From: a virus
Virus record (IMG/VR): IMGVR_UViG_3300027608_000024
Span: 1-64,000 of that record
DNA: 64,000 nucleotides
Direction: 5' to 3' (one strand)
The position numbers and the translations under genes were made by a program. This document shows, in pieces, positions 58,911 through 64,000 of this stretch. Below the pieces are notes generated by a model, which did no database searches, was not told where the DNA came from, and was given only the letters and a program-made list of their open reading frames with translations. Each line of letters opens with the position of its first letter. Position 1 is the first letter of the stretch.

Positions 58911-59772
58911 TACCCCATGGTACATGCAGGACTACAAAAAAGCCATGCGCTCCAAGGGTAGATTAATCCCCCTTGTAGAAGCACAGATCATGAAGTCAAA
59001 TGCCGAACGCAATTCCGGCAGGGACACTCAACACTTACATCCAAGTGAAATGGCTAAAAAAGAATGGTGTCCTCGTGCATCTGTTTACAAAATTACTGGC
59101 GTAGAGGGCAAGGCAGAAAACCTAGCCTTTAGTCGTCTCAACGTTTTTGAGGAAGGGCATGCAATCCATGAGAAGTGGCAAACCTGGTTATGGAAAGCGG
59201 GAGTCCTCGCAGGTCTTTGGTGTTGCAAAGCGTGTGATCATACTTGGAATGCAACTGCTCCTAGTTCCTGCCCTAGCTGCTCTTCTGTTCGTCTTAAGTA
59301 CCGTGAGGTTCCTATACATAGCGATGAATACAGAATCTTGGGCCACGCCGATGGAGAAGTGGTTGATGCGGAAGGCCGAGCACTCATTGAAATCAAGAGT
59401 GTAGGCGTAGGCACAGTTCGTTTTGAAAAACCAGGACTGTTTGCAGATTACAGTAAAGGTGTAATTACCTTAGACGAGATGTGGAAGAACATTAAAACTC
59501 CATTTGCATCTCACATACGACAAGCAACTTTGTACATGTACTGCACTGGTATTGACACCATGGTATTTATCTATGAGTGGAAACCCACACAGGAAATTAA
59601 AGAGTTCACAATCAAGTACAACGAGGAGATTGCTGCCCCCATACTTGAAAACTGTAAGGTTGTTATCAAATCCCTTGAGGAGAACACAACCCCTGAACGC
59701 CCAGATTGGGCAACGTCAACAACATGTAACGGCTGTAAGTACTGCCCATATAAGAAAGTGTGTTGGGAATGA
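58903..59772 (+). CDS. Cas4-like PD-(D/E)XK exonuclease
   Basis: HPSE..CPR, GHAIH, GHADG, IEIKS, Q..LY, C..CPY...C. Confidence 0.85.
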   Translation: MTDTPWYMQDYKKAMRSKGRLIPLVEAQIMKSNAERNSGRDTQHLHPSEMAKKEWCPRASVYKITGVEGKAENLAFSRLNVFEEGHAIHEKWQTWLWKAGVLAGLWCCKACDHTWNATAPSSCPSCSSVRLKYREVPIHSDEYRILGHADGEVVDAEGRALIEIKSVGVGTVRFEKPGLFADYSKGVITLDEMWKNIKTPFASHIRQATLYMYCTGIDTMVFIYEWKPTQEIKEFTIKYNEEIAAPILENCKVVIKSLEENTTPERPDWATSTTCNGCKYCPYKKVCWE

Positions 59773-60269
59773 CTCGTATTATTACTAGAGAAGTACCCGA
59801 CCATCCTGCTATTACTAAATTCAATAACAAGTTCTCATTGCCACAGCGCCCAGACGATCAGATACCAACAATCCCTTTTAACTTAGATGACATGTCTGAC
59901 TCAGAGCTTATGGAGTCTTATGCAAAGTTTATGGCTTGGGTGTCTTACGCCAAAGCTGAATTAGTAAAATCAGAGATTGACGAAGACAAAGAATCAAATA
60001 CCTGCCGTGTATTAGAAGCCCGAGTTCTTATTGAGCAATGGGGTGCTGACGCCAAGGGAGACAGGGTTACAATCGCTAAAGCTAGGCGAGATGTGGACAC
60101 CCGAGTCGTAGATCAGCAAGAGAAGTATCAAGTTGCTCGCGCTTACCGGAAATTAGTTGAAACAATGTTTGAATCCTGTGAACGTGGCGCACAGTTGCTT
60201 TCACGAGAACTTAGTCGTAGGATTGGCCTACACAGCAAAGAACAACGTACATCACGATTTGGAGCATGA
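59769..60269 (+). CDS. UvsY-like recombination mediator (tentative)
   Basis: Helical; LSRELSRR C-terminus; near recA. Confidence 0.5.
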   Translation: MTRIITREVPDHPAITKFNNKFSLPQRPDDQIPTIPFNLDDMSDSELMESYAKFMAWVSYAKAELVKSEIDEDKESNTCRVLEARVLIEQWGADAKGDRVTIAKARRDVDTRVVDQQEKYQVARAYRKLVETMFESCERGAQLLSRELSRRIGLHSKEQRTSRFGA

Positions 60270-60270
60270 C

Positions 60271-60471
60271 ATGGAAACTCTACAAGAAAAATACGCACGT
60301 GTTGCAAGTCGCCTACTAGGCACAGACCTTGAACAGTACACAGTTGACCAAACTGGTTTGCCAGATATAGACAGCAATAACCCAAGTATCACTTTGTATC
60401 CCTCAAACCAAAATCCTTATTTCTGGGATAAGCCAGTTGCCCCATACATCACACCAGCTTTTGGAGAATGA
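60271..60471 (+). CDS. Hypothetical protein
   Basis: GGAG RBS. Confidence 0.55.
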   Translation: METLQEKYARVASRLLGTDLEQYTVDQTGLPDIDSNNPSITLYPSNQNPYFWDKPVAPYITPAFGE

Positions 60472-60472
60472 C

Positions 60473-60643
60473 ATGTCAACATGGCAAGAAGAAGGCGCTA
60501 GAGCAGCTAGAGAAATGAATGAACGTGCGCGCCAAGAAAGCAATGCTAGGGCTTCTGTTGCTCCTATTAACGAAGTAAATCAGACTCTTAAAGAGATTAA
60601 AGCCTTACTAATTGAAATTAGAGAAGCTATTAAGAATGGCTAA
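60473..60643 (+). CDS. Small coiled-coil protein
   Basis: GGAG RBS. Confidence 0.55.
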   Translation: MSTWQEEGARAAREMNERARQESNARASVAPINEVNQTLKEIKALLIEIREAIKNG

Positions 60644-60998
60644 TCGCGCTAAGCAGAAGGGTACTTCGTTTGAAACCCTTATAAGAACATATCTTAATGA
60701 TAACGGCTTCCCGGTAGCTCACCGTACCGTCTTAAAGGGTGGCGGCGACACTGGAGATATCAACGGCATTAGGAATAAAGAAAACCGACAGGTTGCTTTA
60801 CAGTGCAAAAATCAAAAAGCGTTTTCACTTAGTCAGTGGCTAAATGATACGGTTGAACAAGCATCCAATTTAAAAGGTGCCCTTCCCGCTTTGGTTGTTA
60901 AACGGCCTGGTAAAGGGGAAAAAGCAGTTGGTGATTCATATGCTGTGCTTAGGTTATCTGACTTGGTTGAGTTACTAAAAGAAGCCGGTTACTCATAG
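60636..60998 (+). CDS. Holliday junction resolvase (Hjc-like)
   Basis: KQKGTSFE, D.GDI, LQCKN, LVVKR. Confidence 0.82.
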   Translation: MANRAKQKGTSFETLIRTYLNDNGFPVAHRTVLKGGGDTGDINGIRNKENRQVALQCKNQKAFSLSQWLNDTVEQASNLKGALPALVVKRPGKGEKAVGDSYAVLRLSDLVELLKEAGYS

Positions 60999-61036
60999 TA
61001 TTAAACAAGTACCAATTGTTTAATACGGAGTAAATC

Positions 61037-61321
61037 ATGTCAGAAGAACAACCAGTTGACGATATCGTCAAAGTATCAGGAACCAGCAACCCCCAGAGTG
61101 TCGGGTCTATTGTTGCTCGCTCAGTAGTAGCAGGGCATTCCCCCAAGATCCGTGCCATTGGAGCTAGTGCAGTTAATCAAGCCACTAAGGCTTGTGCAAT
61201 TGCTCGTGGCTTTGTAGCACCTCGTGGTATTGACTTATTATTTGTTATTGGCTTTGATGATATCCAAGGTGAAAATGGTGAAACCATTTCAGCTATCACA
61301 TTCAAACCCGTAGCCCGCTGA
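61037..61321 (+). CDS. spoVS: SpoVS-family protein
   Basis: VKVSGTSNPQSVG, RAIGASAVNQATKACAIARGFVAPRG, ISAITF. Confidence 0.9.
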   Translation: MSEEQPVDDIVKVSGTSNPQSVGSIVARSVVAGHSPKIRAIGASAVNQATKACAIARGFVAPRGIDLLFVIGFDDIQGENGETISAITFKPVAR

Positions 61322-61384
61322 AAATATTGCCATGCCACAAAGTGGTAATATCTATATAACTCTCTTATCCTTGTGAGGTAAATA

Positions 61385-64000
61385 ATGGCAAGTCGTAAAG
61401 CAACCAAAGCTGAATTAGCAAAGCCAGTAAACGCTGCAAACCGTAAGAGTGGTGTAACTCAGTCAGGACTTCCACGCGCAGGTCGTATTGCTAAGCCAGC
61501 AAAAGCTGAACGAAGGACTGCCAATACCGTCGGTGGTGTAGACCTCTTAGGTGACGACAGTTATGGAACATACCGTTTAAACCAATCAAAGAAAACGACA
61601 AAAAAAGAATTAGAAGCTCCTACCCTTCCAAAAGAAGCAAGAGCAACTCAATTAGCTGGTTCTGGTCCTGGTAGATCTTCTGGTCTTTCTGATGATACTC
61701 AAACAAAAGGCACTCTTTCAAGTGTTGCTAGTGCACTTGCTAAAAGTGGTGCAAAACTCAAAGAACCCAAAGAGGTTGAAGTAGGCTTTACCGACACAGG
61801 AATTCCTGTTTTAGATCCCAAAAAAGCCGTTACCCCAGAGCAACAGGCAGAACGCAAATCTGCCGCAAAAGTTAGCCAAGGTCGTCAACGTAAGTCAGTT
61901 ATTGAAGGCGTGCAATCAGGACGCATTGCAACTGACCTAAGGTCAGCAGAAGCACGTCAGCGTTTCTTTACTGATGATGTTGACACGTCCCCGGCAGCAG
62001 TTGAAGCAGCCGCAGTTACTGGTGGGGATCTTCCAGTAAAACAAGCACCTATTCGTACCGCAAACCCGCGCCAAGGTTTGGGTATTGTAGGTCGAGACAA
62101 GTCTGGTAAATTAGTACAAGGTGCTGTTTCACGTGCTAATCGTCTTGGCCCCGTACGCAGATTGGCAAAATCTGTAGATAAAGATACAACGCGAAATAGG
62201 AAAGAAGCAGAAGCTGCGTTAAAAGCAGGAGAAGCTATTCAAGGTATTGACGAAACTCGTCAAGGCCCTGGTTCAACTGGTCGTGGCGCACCTGTTGAAG
62301 GCATGACAAAAGACGCTGTTTACACCACGGGAACTGCCCCCACACCGGCAGACGTTGGTAAGCCTTACAAAATTACTGAGGTTACAGGTGGTGCAAATGC
62401 CGCATTAGGCGGAAAAGTTGAGGCTACCACCCGTATTGCACAAACAGCAGTTGGCCGTGATGAAGTTCTTAGCACCATGACTTCAGAAGATAAAAAGAGC
62501 ATGGGCAACTTGGCTCAACAAGTAGTTAAAGGCGCCCCGTCTCGCACAGGTGGTTACATTGGAGGAACTGTTGGTTCTTCTGAAGTTACCCCAGAATTTA
62601 AAGCTAATGTTGCCAAAACGGTAGCTGCTGACTCAAAAACAGCGATTCCAGAAGACATTACCGACCTACAGGGTTATAGTTTTAAAGATTTGTTATCTGA
62701 TCAACCAGATCTTTATAACGAAATTCGCCAATCTGTTGCTAATGCAAAAAGCCGTAGGACAGAGGTTAGTACTGGACAAGGCGGAAACCGCACAAACACT
62801 ACGGCTGGAGGGGTTGAAGATGAATCTCCAATCCTTGAAGGACGAGATTGGCGTGAACGTTTAAATGTTCACTTGGCAAGTTTGCCAAATGACTCAGCAC
62901 GTAAAAACCTTGAAAGCCGCTTACTTGCTGCTGGAGCGCACCCTAACTCCCCAATATCCGAAGCAGAAGAAAAGTCAACTAAAATTAATGGAACTACGGT
63001 TCGTGATAGTAGTAACGAAGCTTTTGGAAAAGTTGCAAGCGCAAATAAAGCCGTAGCAACAGAAGTTGCTTCAGTAAGCAGGCGTCGCCGTGGTTCAACA
63101 AGGACAGCTCCAGTTGAAGCAATTACGGAACAAACTGGCAAAGAAGCTGCTCGTACTTTGGCAATTAACGAAGCAACCAACAGAACTATTGCAAATGACT
63201 TCATGCAACCACAATCAACTGGTCCTAGCGCACGTGCATTAGCTGACCGAAACAAAGTTACAGATCCAACAACTGGTCAACCAGTTACTGGTAAAGGTGT
63301 TATGGCGGTAGTGGGTAAAATCCCGCTAACTGGTTCAGGGGCAGCACAGCCAACATCTGATCAATTGTCTATTATGAAAGATAAACAGCCCCGTCTTGCT
63401 CCAGTTTTTGACAGGCGCCCAGGGCAACCTGGTGCAATGAGCATTACAACTGCTTCAGGTGATGTGGGCTCAATTCCTGTCAGGGCAACTGACGGCGTAA
63501 AGAGTGAAGACAACCCCTTTGGTCGTGGAACAGCAACTGGTGAATCGGTTGCCTTTCCCACAGCAGCACGCATTCCTGGATCTATCAGTGTGCAGTTTCA
63601 AACACCTAGTGGCCCAAGCACCCGAGATGTTGCACCCATAGCTATGTCAACTGCATCCAGCATTGCTGCAATGTCAACTAGGGAAGCAAGCGGCAGAACC
63701 CCATGGAATAGCTTGGCACCTGGTACTGAAGTAGTGGTAAACGATGGGTCAACTGGCCCTACAAGCATGGTCCGAAGTAGCCAGTTTGGCAACATTCAAG
63801 GCTCTGGTGGCGTACCAGCTACACCAGAAAACATGCGACGTGCTGCTGCTCGTCCAAGGCGCGAAGCAGGAATTTCAGCAGCAAGAAAAGTTGAGGAAAG
63901 CACGCGTTATGCAAGGCTTGCTAAGATCGCAAAACCTGGTGTAGATGCTCGAAATCTTGAGGCAACAGAGCTTAATGATACTCGTAAAGCTTTGCGTACA
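61385..64000 (+). CDS. Very large Ala/Gly/Thr/Arg-rich protein (partial, >870 aa)
   Basis: GAGG RBS; MASRKATKAELAKP...; no stop codon seen before the window end, so absent from the ORF track. Confidence 0.75.
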   Translation, partial: MASRKATKAELAKPVNAANRKSGVTQSGLPRAGRIAKPAKAERRTANTVGGVDLLGDDSYGTYRLNQSKKTTKKELEAPTLPKEARATQLAGSGPGRSSGLSDDTQTKGTLSSVASALAKSGAKLKEPKEVEVGFTDTGIPVLDPKKAVTPEQQAERKSAAKVSQGRQRKSVIEGVQSGRIATDLRSAEARQRFFTDDVDTSPAAVEAAAVTGGDLPVKQAPIRTANPRQGLGIVGRDKSGKLVQGAVSRANRLGPVRRLAKSVDKDTTRNRKEAEAALKAGEAIQGIDETRQGPGSTGRGAPVEGMTKDAVYTTGTAPTPADVGKPYKITEVTGGANAALGGKVEATTRIAQTAVGRDEVLSTMTSEDKKSMGNLAQQVVKGAPSRTGGYIGGTVGSSEVTPEFKANVAKTVAADSKTAIPEDITDLQGYSFKDLLSDQPDLYNEIRQSVANAKSRRTEVSTGQGGNRTNTTAGGVEDESPILEGRDWRERLNVHLASLPNDSARKNLESRLLAAGAHPNSPISEAEEKSTKINGTTVRDSSNEAFGKVASANKAVATEVASVSRRRRGSTRTAPVEAITEQTGKEAARTLAINEATNRTIANDFMQPQSTGPSARALADRNKVTDPTTGQPVTGKGVMAVVGKIPLTGSGAAQPTSDQLSIMKDKQPRLAPVFDRRPGQPGAMSITTASGDVGSIPVRATDGVKSEDNPFGRGTATGESVAFPTAARIPGSISVQFQTPSGPSTRDVAPIAMSTASSIAAMSTREASGRTPWNSLAPGTEVVVNDGSTGPTSMVRSSQFGNIQGSGGVPATPENMRRAAARPRREAGISAARKVEESTRYARLAKIAKPGVDARNLEATELNDTRKALRT

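Noticed and set aside
58903-59772. Cas4-like gene as part of a CRISPR-Cas system
   Set aside because: No repeat-spacer array or other cas genes; solo Cas4-like nucleases are common in phage recombination modules
62865-63944. Short ORFs listed near the window end
   Set aside because: They overlap the long open frame starting at 61385
1-64000. tRNA, rRNA, integrase, transposase, intron or intein
   Set aside because: No cloverleaf-like intergenic sequence or catalytic motifs seen by eye; terL, dnaB, polA and recA look uninterrupted; tRNAscan-SE and Infernal were not run

Overview
The window is a contiguous piece of a tailed dsDNA phage genome with a contractile tail (myovirus morphotype). No bacterial housekeeping genes, integrase, rRNA, tRNA or CRISPR array were seen. 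Layout from left to right: (1) a ~1.4 kb largely non-coding control region with four palindromic TCTAA-N3-TTAGA sites, five perfect DnaA boxes and a leftward HTH-like gene; (2) an accessory block with an ADP-ribosyltransferase-like gene, two proteins sharing a conserved N-terminal tag, two SAM methyltransferases, two glycosyltransferases, a Thr-rich exported protein and small membrane/lipoproteins; (3) a long array of tail-fibre genes, including a 72-bp-repeat BspA/DUF285-type protein and an apparent deletion scar, with holin and endolysin embedded; (4) terminase, portal, scaffold, major capsid, neck, sheath, tube, tape measure and baseplate; (5) a small leftward Dps plus basic-protein operon; (6) a full replication/recombination module (initiator carrying internal iterons and a DnaA box, DnaC-like loader, DnaB, primase, SNF2 helicase, SSB, family A polymerase, RecA, Cas4-like nuclease, resolvase), then SpoVS and a giant ORF running off the end. 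Seven genes have a TANNNT hexamer exactly 6 nt before the start codon (leaderless pattern), which points to an actinobacterial host (inference). All product calls come from motif recognition by eye; no database searches were run.
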